From Octopus vulgaris (lineage: Eukaryota), in NCBI GenBank assembly GCA_951406725.2, contig OX597826.1, forward strand, positions 34,968,001 through 35,032,000: a stretch of DNA of 64,000 bases. The letters are read 5' to 3'. Positions 36,240 to 52,129 of this stretch are shown here, in pieces. A model generated the notes under the pieces. The model did no database searches and was not told the DNA's origin. It was given only the letters and a program-made list of their open reading frames with translations. The stretch's first letter is position 1, and the number at the start of each line of letters is the position of its first letter. A program made the position numbers and the translations under genes.

Positions 36240-36960
36240 TTGTGTGTATTTATGTGTGTACTTTTGTTTTGCTTATGCATGTACATTTTCAACACCATGT
36301 CAAGTTTCTAGTTGGAGCTTTGTACCATTCCCAGATGGAGACGCATAGCAAATTTTTCTCTCTACATCATGGTTCACTTTCTCTTCTTACGTGGCGTATG
36401 TTCTATCTAATTTCCATTCTCCTTGTTTGCAGAAAGTTTTATTTTCTGAGTTCTGTATACACGCTTACCGACATCAAGCAACTCTCTTATTTATTGAGGG
36501 ACATTTCCCCTGCGAAAGTTAACTTTTCTGTTTCCTGATCGAAAACAGAATCCATTTGGCGGACGTATTAGCCCTAGTGGTCGTAAATCAAGAGTTACCT
36601 TGTTACCAAAGTTTGATTTGAAAATATTTGAAGACTAATTCTGTCACAAAACTTCAATTGCTTACAGCGACAAATATGGTGTTCCCAAACATGTACATTT
36701 AAATTCACTAACATTGATAGCTTGATCACATTCGTTTGTTTTTGAGACAGGCGACAAGACACCCTCATGGAAATTGCCTATTTGTTCATCAGCAAGTTCT
36801 GCTGATGGTGCATATGTAGCGATTACGATTTCTGTCGGGAACAATTAATTATTCTCTCACGTACGAGCATCCTCAGTGTATTGCTTCCTCTCACAACAAG
36901 TATACCGACCCCACTAATGGCAGTGATGTCACCCAGATATAGAGGGTTGAATGGGAAACG
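36240..36960 (-). pseudogene. Highly degraded LINE, apurinic-endonuclease region
   Basis: IVIATYAPSAELADEQIGNFHE resembles the APE motif 'I..VYAP......E....FY'. Confidence 0.5.
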
Positions 36961-37150
36961 CAGGGGAGACAAATTTTCTTCTAACTTCTGCTCCAAGTGT
37001 GTAGAACGTATCCATAGATTCGAAAGGATCTAAGGACCCAAAACATAAGCATACCACATGTACATACATACATATAAAAATAGATACGCATATCTACACA
37101 TATAAATATATGTATACAATGTGTGTGTGTGTGTGTGTGTGTACAATGTA

Positions 37151-37203
<53 letters not shown>

Positions 37204-37260
37204 GTGTTTATATATATATATATATATATACAATGTCTGTTTATACATATATATATATAC

Positions 37261-37439
37261 AGGCGTAAGAGTGGCGGGTGGTAAGTAGCTTGCTTATCAA
37301 CCACATGGTCCTGGGTTCAGTCCCACTGCGTGGCACCTTGGGTAAGTATGTATGTGTCTTCTACTATAGCCTCTGGCCGACCAAGGCCTTGTGAGTGGAT
37401 TTGGTAGACGGAAACTGAAAGAAGCCCATCGTATATATG

Positions 37440-37476
<37 letters not shown>

Positions 37477-37699
37477 CTGTCTGTTTGTGTGTCTGCGTTT
37501 GTCCTCCCAACATGGCTTGACAACCGATGCTGGTGTGTTTACGTCCTCGTAACTTAGCGGTTCGGCAAAAGAGACCGATAGAATAAGTACTAGGCTTCCA
37601 AAGAATAAGTCCTGGGGTCGATTTGCTCGACTAAAGGTGGTGCTCCAGCATGGCCACAGTCAAATGACTGAAACAAGTAAAAGAGTAAAAGAGTAAAGA

Positions 37700-37700
<1 letters not shown>
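37261..37700 (+). mobile_element. tRNA-derived SINE family B, full length, with internal (TA)n(TG)n
   Basis: tRNA-like head GTGGCGGGTGGTAAGTAGC...GGTTCAGTCCC; tail GAAACAAGTAAAAGAG repeats. Confidence 0.88.
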
Positions 37701-37731
<31 letters not shown>

Positions 37732-38327
37732 TTTATTAATAAAGCTGCAAAGACTTTGCCAAAGCTTTTACTCAGGAACGGGAACATGAAAGTCTGAGTA
37801 ACAGTTTTTGTGACGTCTTTGACCCTTTATCAATAAAGCATATTGCTCTATCTCCAGTATTCGAGTACTATTTTCTCCACCTTATTTCACTTTTATATGC
37901 TTACTCTGGTATACGTGTGTATGTGTTTATGTATATACATATATACGCACATTTATTATATACATACATATAGACATGCTTAAATACAAATATGTGTGCG
38001 CGAACACACGTGCCCTCGTGATAATGGTGTTGAACGCACAGTGACAAGGTCGTGGTTTACATTCGAAAACCATGATGGTAACACTTTTACATTACTCGAG
38101 TCAACACAGCTGGAGATATATACCAGTAAGAGCTGGGAGGCGGGGTGATAGATTTCTCTTCTGTGGGGGAAGCTATATTAGTTTTAGTTGCTTTGATGCT
38201 ACGGAGATATGATTAACATAGGCCTATGCCAGTAATCTCGAGGCGGACACACCCATACAAACACGCATATATACACATACATATATATATATACATGTAG
38301 ATTTATCGGTATATGCATATATATACA

Positions 38328-38369
<42 letters not shown>

Positions 38370-38866
38370 TATATATACACATGCATATATAATATATATA
38401 TATAATATATATATACATACAAATATATGTTTATATATACACATGCATATATACATATATATATATATATGTCTTATAATATTATATTTCATTTCCATTT
38501 TATAGCACTCACTAATTGTAAATCATACCATTCAGAAAATTTACAAGATAAAATAAAATATTAGAAATAATAAAAAAACAAATGCAACAAAATAAAACAT
38601 TAAAAAATACATCAAAACAAATAGTGAATAATTTGTAAGAGTCAGCCAGTCATTACTGGATTAATTTTTGATTATATATTGGACAGCGAATAAAATTAAT
38701 ATTTATTTTTTTCCTCCGATATTTTTTTACCTTTTTATGCTTATTATTTTGGGGTTTTTTTAAAAAATTTTTTTCTCGTTCGTTAATGACAAATTATTGA
38801 TTTTTTATTAATTTTTAAAAGATTTCATTATTATTATTATTATTATCAATATCATTGTTAATATCA

Positions 38867-38946
<80 letters not shown>

Positions 38947-39098
38947 TTTGAATTTTTTGCCATTCGATGAGGATCTGCTTATACAATTATCAATTTAATT
39001 TTGTTACATTAATTTATTGACAACTTTTTTATTTTTGTTTTTAAATTTTTCTTTTCTTTTCCGACAAGCGCTGAGTGAATAGTTTTCACAACTATCTG

Positions 39099-39137
<39 letters not shown>

Positions 39138-40711
39138 CACCATCATCATCATCATCATTATTATTAATATTATTATTACTCTCATTGCCACCGTTTCCAT
39201 CCTAAATGTCAACAGGATTTTTTAATCGAAGCTAAAAGAATACCGAAAATAAAGAATTCCAATGAAACAAGCATAAAAGAAATCATTTATCATTGCAGTT
39301 ATCACTTTCATCAACAGCCTACTCACACATATTCTTCTTTACAACCGTCAATTATATTTCATTGGTCTATCTCCTAATTAATATTCTATTAATTGATATC
39401 ATTATACCTTTTGTGTTCGATGACACAGTTTGTCAAATACTTCTTCTTGTGGTTTCATTTTGTCCTCCAGATGCCAAGAAAGGAAATTGTTATCTTTTCT
39501 CCCATCTTTCCTGCTCTCATGCCTAGCTCGTGAACTGTAACAGTCGAGTTATTATCTTCCTCCATCACTTACCTATCAACTGATCTGTTATTGTCCATCA
39601 CATCGTGATCTTTCTCCTCATCAAACTGATTCTCACCGACGCCCGCCTAATGTCCCCCCTCATATAATTTTAGCCACATTTTTTTCACCGTCGTCACTTT
39701 CATCGTCATGAAAAACTCTCTCCGTCTTTATTATTATCTTCATCGTCATTATCACTACCACCACCACCACCACTAAGATACAACAGCCATGGTCTGTCAC
39801 CACTTCATCATAGGCCTCTCATCCACATCAACCCTCCACCAACGCAAGTGACATCTTCGTCACCATTGTCCCTATTATCAATGAATATCACAATTTCATT
39901 TTTTAAGATTATTCCTTCCTTACACTTTTATTTTCTTTCTTCTTAATCCGTGCAATTATATCCTACTTTTAAATTTGTTTATTTATTTTGCTACCATTAT
40001 CTTTATCACTGTCATACCCTCAGTAATTTCCTCAATGATAAAATTCTTCAAATTCTATAGATAAAGATATCGTAATTGATACCATTCCTGCTTACCACAC
40101 ATAATATCTCCATGTTGAAATCACGCTCTTAACTGCCGCTATTCAGAAATTTTATTATTTATTTACTTCCTTTTTATTTTAGTTTCTTAAATATTCTTAA
40201 CAAACAATTCATAGCCATGGTGTCGAAATGAAGGGGTGAAATCTATTTTGTCAAATTATCATTACAAAATTATTTTAGTTCTATATTAAAATAAAAATAA
40301 AAAAAGGAAAGATTAAGTTATAAAGAATAGAATGCAATAAAAATGATATAAAATAAAAACAGGTGTACAGCAATTTTCTTTATGATAATTGCATTTTAAT
40401 TGCTGCTACTATAGCTTTCCAAATATAATTCCACGCTAACATTAGATTGAGCAGCTTTCAGAGACTGAGGTATCGCGTTTTGTACAAGCAATTTTTACAG
40501 AATTTTTAATCTTGAAATTCAGTGTAAGGACAAAGAAAGCTGATCATGGCTATTCTAAATATTCTTAGTCAGAGATACAGGAAAAACTGGCTAACTGTAA
40601 CACAGCTTATATTTAACGAAAAAATTTAAAATCAGACAACATTGATATTGGCCTGTAATCAAAGTTCCAAGAATGCTTGAAAAAGAAAAAAAGAAAGAAA
40701 TACGTGCAAAT

Positions 40712-41085
40712 GCAGGTGTTTGGTTGAGAAGTTCGCTTTGCAACTCTGTCGTTCCAGATTCAGTTTCACAGCGCAGCGCCTCTGGCAAATATTCTCTACT
40801 CAAACTCTGGACCGATGAATGATTTATGAGGGAATTTAATAGATGTAAATTCTATGGAAGCTGGTCATATATGCGTATGTGTCAGAACAGGCGTTGATTT
40901 CTTTAGACTGTTACAAAATAGCGATCAAGCAAATGAGACAGATGAGTACGAAACTTAAAAAATAAGTACGAGGAGAGGGTGAATCGATAAATAAAAAATA
41001 AGTACGGGGTGCGGGTGTTCAGCTAAGACCCCTGAAGACATTGTCTCAAGATGGCCGCAGTTCAATGGTTGAAGCAAATTAAATG
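40712..41085 (+). mobile_element. Degraded SINE family B copy
   Basis: Colinear weak similarity to 37261-37690 (head; ATGGCCGCAG..AATGGTTGAAGCAA end). Confidence 0.55.
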
Positions 41086-41444
41086 TAAACAGTAACAATA
41101 GAATAGCATTAGATTTGTGTTTCTAGTTCGGCGTTCTGAGTTTAAATACCATCGAAGTCTCTTCCGAATTTCATCTTTTTGGAGATGGTAAAAGATGTTG
41201 CTGCCCAAGACATTCGATGAGTACGAATGTTCGAGTTTGGAAAGTGATGCATTGGAGTGTCACTTCTTTCACTTTGTGTATTAGGTTCAATTTTCTACAT
41301 CAGATCATCGCTTTATTCATGACGGGAAATGATACTTTAGGTATCCAGCTTAGAATATAATCACTACAACATAATCCGGAGAAAGAAACGCTAGTAAAAA
41401 ATTTTTACCTAACTAATTATCTTTTTATCTATCGGTCTGTGTAT

Positions 41445-41685
<241 letters not shown>

Positions 41686-41804
41686 AAAAACTTACTTGGA
41701 AGAGGATGCGTGGCGTACAATCATATAATAATATAAATTATATATATGCATATATACATACATATGTGTACATACTTTCATTTATACGTACATATATATG
41801 CATA

Positions 41805-42277
41805 TGTGGGCACAGGACATCACGAAACGTGTACCTCCCTTGCTCATGTGGCTCCCACGTGACCATCGACCATTTTCCTTTCTTTCTCTCCGTTGTAGCT
41901 GGAACAAGGAAGACGTGTTCTTGTTTGTCTCCTCTCCTAGCTTGATCTACGCGTTCGCCACTACAACCTCGTTTAGGCTTAGTACCCCTTCCTGTTTGTT
42001 TTCACTGTCCTGTTTGTGTTACCGGTTTTGACCCTCCGCAAAATCCCAATTTTTATTTAATTTGCTTTGCTGGAGCAACTGTTTTATCGAGAGTGTATAT
42101 TGTTGTTAAATGCTCGAAATACGAGACTAGAAAAACAACTAACGACTGATTAAGGGTCGTCCTTTGTGTTGCTTGTTTTGTTTTCCGTTTGTGCCTTTCG
42201 TTATTCGAAAGAATAGTTCATGTACTTGTGCTTTGTATTTTTTTGTTATATACTTTTCGTGACGTTCTGTGCTAACA
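41805..42277. mobile_element. ~470-bp element with ~23-bp imperfect terminal inverted repeats and TA flanks
   Basis: TGTGGGCACAGGACATCACGAAA versus the reverse complement of TTTCGTGACGTTCTGTGCTAACA. Confidence 0.65.
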
Positions 42278-43154
42278 TATGCACATATATATATATATAT
42301 ACGTATAGAAGTAAGTATGTACATATGCGTATACATATATACATTATTATTTCTAAATCTCTTAAAGAGAGATATTCAGTAAGGGTCTTTTAAAGTAAAG
42401 ACTATTTGTCAACATAATGTGGCTGTCCTGGAAGGGACAAATGTTACTGTTGTTTAACCCCGGGAAGCATTGTTTCCAGCTGACTGTACGACTTAATATA
42501 TGTGTCCTTGTATTTTCGAACAGGGCGCCCAGTACGCCCATTCAGCACAAAGCAACATCTATGGACCGATTTATATATAAGATGGACTCTCTCGTGGCCC
42601 GAAAGCGTACCCTTTCTTGATCAGCCACAATGCTTATGTCTAATGTGACGATTTGTAAAGAGGACCACAGTGTTTCTATAAAGTTCGAGCTTAAAAGGAG
42701 TTATTTGTGATACACAGTATAAATAGGGGTATCTTATAATCCTGGTGTTACTTTATTTGATGGAATGCGTATATGAATAAATCACATTTACCCTAATAAT
42801 TTGTGTAAGTGTAAGTAGTGTCATCTTTCTTTAAGTTACTATGGTTATGAAGCAACATATACCATCTTGATATTTGACAAATGAAATCAGATAGAAAAGT
42901 GGGAGAAACGCTATTAGTAACAGCCATAGAAATTTTGTTCTGATATTTTACCTTCAGAGTAATACAAGTTACGGGAACACTGCTTGTAATGTCCTGACAT
43001 TTCCTCAAAGAAGATATATATTCCATTATCATGCTTCTGGCAAATTAAGTTACATCTTGGTAATTATATAGCCGAAAGGGGTTTTTTTCGAACATTACTT
43101 TATCTTGCAAAAACAAAATTTATATGATATACATATGAAGAAAATCATATGTAC

Positions 43155-43256
<102 letters not shown>

Positions 43257-43268
43257 ACATATATATGT

Positions 43269-43318
<50 letters not shown>

Positions 43319-43820
43319 TATATATATATATGTATATGTGTATATAATCATATATACACACAAATACACACAATGACATACACACTAACGCCCGCACGCG
43401 CGCGCATATAGCTGAATTTCAATTTCCATAATTCTAAAATAAAATTAGCTGATTTTTGTGATTTTTGCATTCGTCTTCTCGAAGCACACACACACACACA
43501 CACACATAAATATATATATGAACACGTAAATATATATACATGAACACACGCACATACACATACACATAAATATATATACATGGAGGTATGTGCGTCTATG
43601 CACATTTGGTTTGGGTCTGCGTGTGCATCGCCGGGCTCTTGCGTTTTTCTTGGTGTCTTGTACATACAAGATCACAAGTCTCGTGAATGAGAAGTCTTAT
43701 AATCTTTCTAAAAGATTATCCATAGCCATCTGAACGATACGGTATATACTCAACAGCTATATAATTCCAAGGAAAGTCCGTATTTCTAAAATAATAGGCC
43801 TTGTGTACTTATTGTATATG

Positions 43821-43884
<64 letters not shown>

Positions 43885-43886
<2 letters not shown>

Positions 43887-44018
43887 GAGTTTCCGAAAAA
43901 AACAAAGGACGAAGACAGGTGGTGTACAAAACAAACAGATGTATTTATATAACGCTCAGGAATAGAAAAAGTCTTTTACATTTCGAGCCTACGCTCTTCT
44001 ACAAAAAGGGACACAGAA
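43885..44018 (-). mobile_element. PLE-type terminal fragment with a degenerate hammerhead (43971-44010)
   Basis: Reverse complement TTGTAGA-A-GAGC gtag GCTC-GAAA-T-GTA-AAAGAC; same family as 26270-26433. Confidence 0.65.
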
Positions 44019-44094
44019 TATATATATGTGTGTGTGTGTGTGTGTGTCTGTGTGTATGTGTTTGTGTGTGTGTGTGTGTTTGTGTGTGTGTATA

Positions 44095-44176
44095 AGTAAT
44101 CCAAACATGAAGACACAACAACGCGAGGACGTGGAACAAGTATAATATTATTGGACGCTCAGGAAAGAAGGAAAGA
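44095..44176 (-). mobile_element. Tail fragment of the 5880-6070 family
   Basis: Reverse complement CCTTCTTTCCTGAGCGTCCAATAATA...TTGTTCCACGTCCTCGCGTTGTTGTG. Confidence 0.75.
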
Positions 44177-44375
44177 TGTATATATATATATATATATACA
44201 TACATACACACACATACATATAGATATATGTATACATATATATATATATATATATATACATACACACACACACATATAGATATATGTATACATATATATA
44301 TATGTATACATATATATATGTATGTATATGTCTGTATATATACATATATACATAGCTGCATGTATACAGAGAGAG

Positions 44376-44412
<37 letters not shown>

Positions 44413-45754
44413 CAAATATATATATATATTCATAAATATGTACGTATTCATATATATATTACGTATGTACATATGTAGTATTCCTGTATATTTGTATGTA
44501 TATACAACCTTGGCTTCACCGTTTCTTTGAGTTATTCTTAAGTACGTGTGAGTGTGTAAGTTGTATGTGTTATGTTTACGTATATTTTAAGCATGACTGC
44601 ATTCGTTCTAAATCTCTTTAAGTCATTAACTTGTGAGGAATATGACACAAATCAAACAACTTACATGAAACAAAGTTAGTTTCCAAGTGTTTCATAAAGT
44701 CGTCAAACAATTTTCGAAATTGTCATTAAAAAATTAGTGGATTATTTACATCAGAAACGAATTCATGAATGTATTTAATTCTACATATAAAACAAACAAC
44801 AGTTATAACATTGATAGCTTTTCCTTTTGTGTTCTTTTATTCTTTGTGTAATGTTTGTTTTTTTTTTCTCAAATATAATACGCACCATCATTATTACGAT
44901 TTGTACGGTTGATATTATTATATAATTGTTTTTACTGTTTCTTTTTTATTTCCTTTGTTTCCTTTATTTTGTTTGTGTATTTCCTCTTCATCTGCATTTT
45001 ATTTTATTTTATTTTATTTTTGCATCTCTGCTGCGGATAGTTTAGCAGCTGTCTTTGATGCCTCGCATTGTCTAGACGAAATTATTAAGAAGCTCTCCGG
45101 GTTTTCGTTTTGAAGTTTCTCCACTTGATTAATTTGCTGTCATAATGAATTAATAAAACCTACTAATTGCTAAATCAATTAAACTGCAAAGTCAATATTC
45201 GTACACAACACATATGGATGCAAATATTTTCACATATATACAAATGTGCGTATATACACAATAAATATATACGTATAATTACATATATATGTGTGTAGGT
45301 AAATAAATGTATACACACTCACAAACACACAATCTTATATCCAGTTGTACTTTCGCAATGACTTACCACGTGAATGTTGTCTGTTTTCCTTTGATTTACA
45401 TTTTTCCTTTGATTTACATTTACCACTTTATATCGCCCAATTATTTCTACCATGCTGGCATGAGTTAGACATATAGCCATCTACTGTTTTGCTTAATAGC
45501 CAATAAACTACCCACAGAGTGCAACTCAGAAAGCTATCTACTTTGGCTTTTTTGGCATCAATCTCTGTATGCTTCGCTGAATTAAATGGAACTTCGAATT
45601 TAGTTATTAGAATAATATCAATTTTATAATGATTGTTATATAATAGAACCATTTGCAATTAAATAAATATGATAATGAGACTGCCATCCATAAGACTGGA
45701 TACTGGGTGGGATAAGGCTTCACAGAAAATGTGAAATACTACTGCAATCTTTTG

Positions 45755-45911
45755 GGCGGTGAACTGGCGCACCGAGCGAATGTTCAGCGGTATTTCGTCC
45801 GGTATTAGGTTCTGATTTCAAATTCCGCAGGGGAAAAACTTAGCTTTTCATCCTTTCTGGGTCGAGAAAATAAGTACCAGTTGAGTACTGGGGTCGATAT
45901 AATCGACTTAA
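45755..45911 (+). mobile_element. SINE family A copy, 3' truncated
   Basis: GGCGGTGAACTGGC...TTCAAATTCCGC...TTTCATCCTTTCTGGGTCGAGAAAATAAGTACC. Confidence 0.75.
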
Positions 45912-46201
45912 CACCTGGGCAAGAGTATAAAAACTGCATCCTTCTGCCAAGCCATGCCGAACTAATGTAGCAGAGTAGGCTCATTAGACGGGTGTGATCT
46001 GGAGTTGAAACTCATTACAACCTCCATATCACACCGTGGTTGGTGGAGAGAATATGCTGAGGTCTTCGTCCGGCATGGACTGAACATAGGCTAGCCAATA
46101 CAGTTCAATTTATTAAGCCAATGTGAGAGTCTATACTTGTCGTTTTGGTGGATATAGCTAGGATTCTCATGACTAGAATGGTTTTAATACTAGGTCTGTA
46201 T

Positions 46202-46606
46202 AAGGCGACGAGCTGGCAGAAACGTTAGCACTACGTAACGGTATTTCGGCTGCCGTTACGTTCTGAGTTCAAATTCCGCCGAGGTCGACTTTGCCTTTCA
46301 TCCTTTCGGGGTCGATTAAACAAGTACCAGTTACGCACTGGGGTCGATATAATCGACTTAATCCGTTTGTATGTCCTTGTTTGTCCTCTCTGTGTTTAGC
46401 CCCTTGTGGGTAGTAAAGCAATAGGTATTTCGTCTGCCGCTACGTTGAGTTCAAATTCAGAATTTGGTCGACTTTGGTCGAGGTCGACTCTGCCTTTCAT
46501 GCTTTCGGGTCGATAAATTAAGTACCAGTTGCGTACTGGGGACGATCTAATCGACTGGCCCCCTCCCCCAAAATTTCGAGCCTTTTGCCTAGAGTAGAAA
46601 AGAATA
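46202..46606 (+). mobile_element. SINE family A, full-length dimeric copy
   Basis: AAGGCGACGAGCTGGCAGAAACGTTAGCA head, B box GAGTTCAAATTCC, two body modules; AATACTAGGTCTG on both sides (46186-46198 / 46603-46615) looks like a TSD. Confidence 0.9.
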
Positions 46607-47890
46607 CTAGGTCTGCATGTTTAAGACAATTACTGAAAGTATTCAGTACTTATATTCATCGCTTAATCTTTTAACCTACCATTAATACCCCGAAAGTATG
46701 GTCGTAACGTTCTGTTAACTCCCAAAATTCTTCGATTATGAATAGTCAAGTAAAAGGGCAAAATACCTTAAACTATTTCTCCAGAGCCATGAGAGTCTCT
46801 CCATGTCGCATGCCTTAGCAGGTCCCCCCCCTTATAACAGAAGCAAACAATTCCCCATTTATGCAGGTGTACCTACTTCACTTCATTAATATTATCCAAG
46901 AGATAGTAAAACCAAGGTAACTTGGCAGCAGAGTCATTATACACATTTCTGTTGAATGCAAAGAAACAGAGCAGATACCACAAGACATTTCATCTAACAT
47001 TCTAACAAATCTACCAATCTACTATCCTTCGATGGTACTTCATTCATCAAACCTGAAAGAACGTAAGGTAATGTTGACCTCAGCGTGATTTGAACTCTGC
47101 GAGGCTTCCTATTCGATAATTTAGTAAGTCTGCTCACTGCCTTAAATACTGTCGTTAATACATTTACCACATTCTTTGGGAATATCTGCAAAATGCTTCA
47201 TTTGCATGAAAGCTGAGTAAGTTAAGTTATCGGTATCCACGTTACAGCTGTTTTTATCATAAACCGTCATAGATTTATCTTCCTGATTACATGTATCATA
47301 TGAGGAAAGTGGTTAAAGAAACAAGAATATTGCTTATGAAAAATGCATATTTATAATAGATGATTAATAAATAATCCATGATGTTAGAAAAAATTTTATG
47401 TTATCAGCACTCGATGGAGTAAATAACTTTTGATCAAACTGAACTCCTGTTCATTTCAAGTTCCGAGTATAAACGCTTCTCAAAATTTTATTACACTAAA
47501 ATGGTCCATCGTCAAATTTAGTTTATAATTTTCCTTGATATCTCTCTTTTATTTTTACGGAAATATCTTAATATGATGTTAACTTTCAATGACAATACTT
47601 TCTATGTGGTTATCCTATGCGGCTGAGTTGTAAGAATCTTGATTAATACGCAATGCATTTTGTGGTGTATGTCTCCGCGATCAGTACACAATTTTGATTG
47701 GCCAGCTAGATATAATTCTAAAATGATATTATGCCGTGGATGATACACTCCTTGAAACAATCTCAAAGTTGTGGAATTCATGACATCTGAACCATTAGCT
47801 TCCAGTGCCAAGTTCAATTCTTCCATCCGTAAAATAATCTGAAACAATTTAATCTTTAGTCTACGATCTGATTTCAATGCGATTCTACAT

Positions 47891-48019
47891 ATTCAAATTC
47901 CGTCGAGGTCGACTTTTCCTTTCATCATTTCGGGTCGATAAATGAAATACCAGTTGCGTACTGGGGACGATCTAATCGACTGGCCCCCTCCCCCAAACTT
48001 CGAGCCTTGTGCTTAGAGT
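47891..48019 (+). mobile_element. SINE family A terminal module
   Basis: Near-identical to 46480-46594. Confidence 0.8.
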
Positions 48020-48887
48020 TTGTCCCATGAAAATAATACTGCAGCAGTCTATGAAATACAGATCATATTCCTTGCCGAATGGAATAAATTAAGTTCAATA
48101 ACACAGAATTTTCGGTTCGATACTAGAAATATTTTTATGCCGTGATTGTGGGAAGACTATACAGAGGTAGATAATCATCGCCTTCTTTAGGTTTGATAAA
48201 GATTTGAACTCAGAGCCATAAGCTAACAATGTGCCCATCGATTACACAGATCCTTACTGCCGACACCATTTCTCTATCTGTTCACAGGTAAGCAGTATGG
48301 ACTATAGCCAAGTTAATGCACTTTACCATCTTTCCGCTGTTCTATGAACAATCAACCCTTCAACAAGGTTATCATCCGATCAACTTGGCCAACTGACATT
48401 CTCGTGCAACGATAGAGATTGTTTGATTGATATCTGCTTTAATATTTCCAGCTCTTTCAATCTAACACTTTACAGACTAGTAGGCATATTTACACTCCAC
48501 TTTGTGATCTGATGCATGTATTTTGATGTATGTTACTTAGAGATTTAATGCAGAGTTCTGTGTTAATCCGTTTTAGATCAACTTATCTATTTCTTTTATT
48601 TGGTAGCTTTATTTATTTGTTATATTACTCAATAGAAAACTGAAAGAAAAGAAAGATACTGGTTTTTGCTTCTTCTTCCTAACTCAGCCTTGTTATATTG
48701 TTGTAGAATATTCTGCTTCTGGCTTTTATGCACCATCAACATGTAGAAATGCAGTATGGCATTGTTCTAATCGTGCAACATCTACATCTAGTTTTTCAGT
48801 ATCTCTCTTCTGACCTCTCATACTTAAAAATATATTATGGTTCACTAAGTTTACATACTCACTCCTCCCTTACACAATCTTTCACCC

Positions 48888-48925
<38 letters not shown>

Positions 48926-49012
48926 CTCTCTCACAGTATATATTTCTGTGTCTCTCTCTCTATATATATATGTATGTATATATACATAAATATATATGTT
49001 ATATATATATAT

Positions 49013-49050
<38 letters not shown>

Positions 49051-49186
49051 CATACATATATACATGAACATATGCATATATATATATATATATATAAATG
49101 CATACACACACATACACATACATACACACATACATACATACATACATACACACATAAATGCATGCAGACATACATACATATATGCA

Positions 49187-49218
<32 letters not shown>

Positions 49219-50215
49219 CATTTGTGTAAAGCATCTTTGTCTCTTTCCATGGCTCGAATTGAATGAGTGAATAATAGGATTATAAACATTGTTACATATT
49301 ATCAATATCTCCCAGCATGCAGCAGAACAGCGGCATATACCAAATTACTGCTCTTCTATTTGTTAACTGCTGAGGAGATTAGATGAACCAACTTTAGGGT
49401 GAGCCGGCAAAGTCCTCACTTGAAAAGGCGACCACATCACTGAGAACAAATTATAATTGTTTACGCCGTTTTAACAACATTAGGTTAATATTCGGCACAT
49501 AGAAACTCATAACAAATGTTTCCATAGCAACAGAAAATGATAGATTTCATTTCCTGTCTTGACTGCTATGACGAGTACAAGTTATGAGGCTGGAAAGTTA
49601 TGTTAAATAAATAGCAGTATGAAATTAATAGCAGTTCCTTTTAATATATCTACTTATCTATTTTCCATAAGTAACCACTAAATAGTTATTGATTAACAAT
49701 AATTTACTGTATATACCTTGAATAATGGAAAGTAATAATTATTTCATAGGAAATTAACCAGAAATTCTCTTTTCCAAGTGCAAAATATAATAGATTTTTA
49801 ACTAGTGGTAACATTGTTAGTATGATCAAGTTATAAGTTATTGATATATTTTCCTTATCGTTTGCCTTTGTACTCGGGATAACAAAAAGACAAAAAGAAA
49901 TAGTAAACAAACAATACAAAAGTAGATCGATAAATTTGCACAAAACTCAACCTACAAACATTAGTATTTTATGAGAAGCTGATAATTTTATATTGCAACA
50001 CCAACACATGCAGTCAGATTTGCACACCAACACACATGCAGGTTTTATAGCAACATAATATATATGCTGTTGCCTATAAACACATGCATGTTTTGTTTCT
50101 GTATTTTTATCCACATAGATGTGTACATAGATACATATTTACTTCATGGGCGTCTATTCTGATAATGAACTACGGTTGTATTTCATATATATTTTACATG
50201 TTTTATTACTCCTCA

Positions 50216-50282
<67 letters not shown>

Positions 50283-52129
50283 TTACTTTACTTAAATAAA
50301 ATGATATTTCAGGAAATTGTGTTCGTATTTCTATTATAAGAGTTTAAATCGCCGTCTGGTTCTGCATCACACACTGGCCTGTTGCTATTCCTTCTTTTCT
50401 TTGTTCACACCTTTAGCCTTCGACCTCTGAAATAATCATATGGGCGCTGACGCGATATATGGAGTATCGTGAGTATTTTTATAGCCAAATGGAACGCATT
50501 TTTTAGTGGATCTGAACACAACCAATTCCTTTATACGGGTTAGAGAGACAAAAAGACAAAAGTGAGAGAGTAATATGCAATACTGTTAACACATGGGTAA
50601 TTTATTGGTTGATAAGCTAAGGTTGAAAGGCAAAGGTGACTTCAACAGTGTCTGAACCTCTAATGCAGACAGCTACCTTGCTGTAACTGTTACTGTTGTA
50701 AATGTGCCAACGTGTATTGGTCATACTAACATTGTATTTTACTTAATTCTACACACGCACGCACATACACAACACAACACATACACACTCTCACATCTCT
50801 AACATCTTCAGCAACAGCTACAGCAGCACTATTTTTACCACCAACACCACAACCACACTAACGTCACTACTATGATGATGATGATGATGATTATTATTAT
50901 CATGATCAACATCATTATCATCATCATCGTCGTCGTCTTCATCAAAAATAACAAAATTATGCATGGATTAGGGACACATAGTATTGTGTTCCATCATTAG
51001 TGTCCTAAATTCATCAGTCGTTACATGGGTCTCGAACATCGGACTGAAAAATCGTTAGAACATCAAGGTTTCTGGTAGTATTTAATGTGATTCTTTATGT
51101 TCTGAGTTCAACACTCACTGAAGCCTCTTCTGCTGTTAATCTTTCCAGAACAAATAACATGAAGTGCCATACAAAGACACTAGATTAATAATATTGTTAG
51201 GGCAGTAGCAAAAATGCCTTTTGGTATTTGTTCTCGTTTTTTACCTTCTGATCTCTGATACCACTAATGTCAAATTTATCTTTCATTTCCTCAGGTGCCA
51301 ATAGAAAGAAATGTTAGTCCTAGGTTAGGGTTTGACAGAATTGTAAGAGCATTAGACGAAATACTGTGTATTAATTGTTTCTGTTTTTATCATTCCCAGT
51401 TTGCCTACAGTGATATTAGTAACAAGGTGTATAGTCCAAGGCTTTCCTTCGGTCATTCACTGATTTGCAGAGAGGAAAATTTTGCAAGGTCAACTGTATG
51501 TTTTCCATAAACAAAAACACCTCATCTAGACCCAAATGATACAGAACATTTTCGGGTAGAGATACATTTTTAAATCCTAAACTTTGAAGAATTATAAATA
51601 AAGAAAAAAGATTTGAAGGCTGATCATCATGTTCTGAGAACGTGCAAGCAATCCACATTATCAATAAAAGCATTCTAAAGAGGGATATCACAAGACTACT
51701 TAACGAAATCATCGCAGAACGAACGTTAATTATAGAGGGTCATATACTCTGGTTACCAGAACAACGCTATTGTTTAAAATATATTTCAAATAGATACCAC
51801 TGAATGGGAAAAGAAAAGTAATTAAACTAAATAGCACAGAACATTCATATCAGATGTGACAGAGAGTTGTACCATTTGGACGGATGCAGAAAAAAACTAC
51901 AGTCAACAAAAACCGGTTGCGTCAACTTGTTGCCCGACGAGCTCAAGAGAAGAGAAATAACTGAACTGAACAGAAACAGAGTCGGCACAAGACATAGGTG
52001 TTAGTCCTGCCCAGACTGCCTTATGAAGAATGAAAACAATATGCAGTATTCTCAATAGTCATATCAAAGCATTAGCAATACTTATATCCAGCTTAACATG
52101 ACTGCTTTGTTGGAACACTGAATCCTATA

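Noticed and set aside
47602-47877. 91-aa minus-strand ORF as a host exon
   Set aside because: No recognisable domain, non-ATG start, no splice support.
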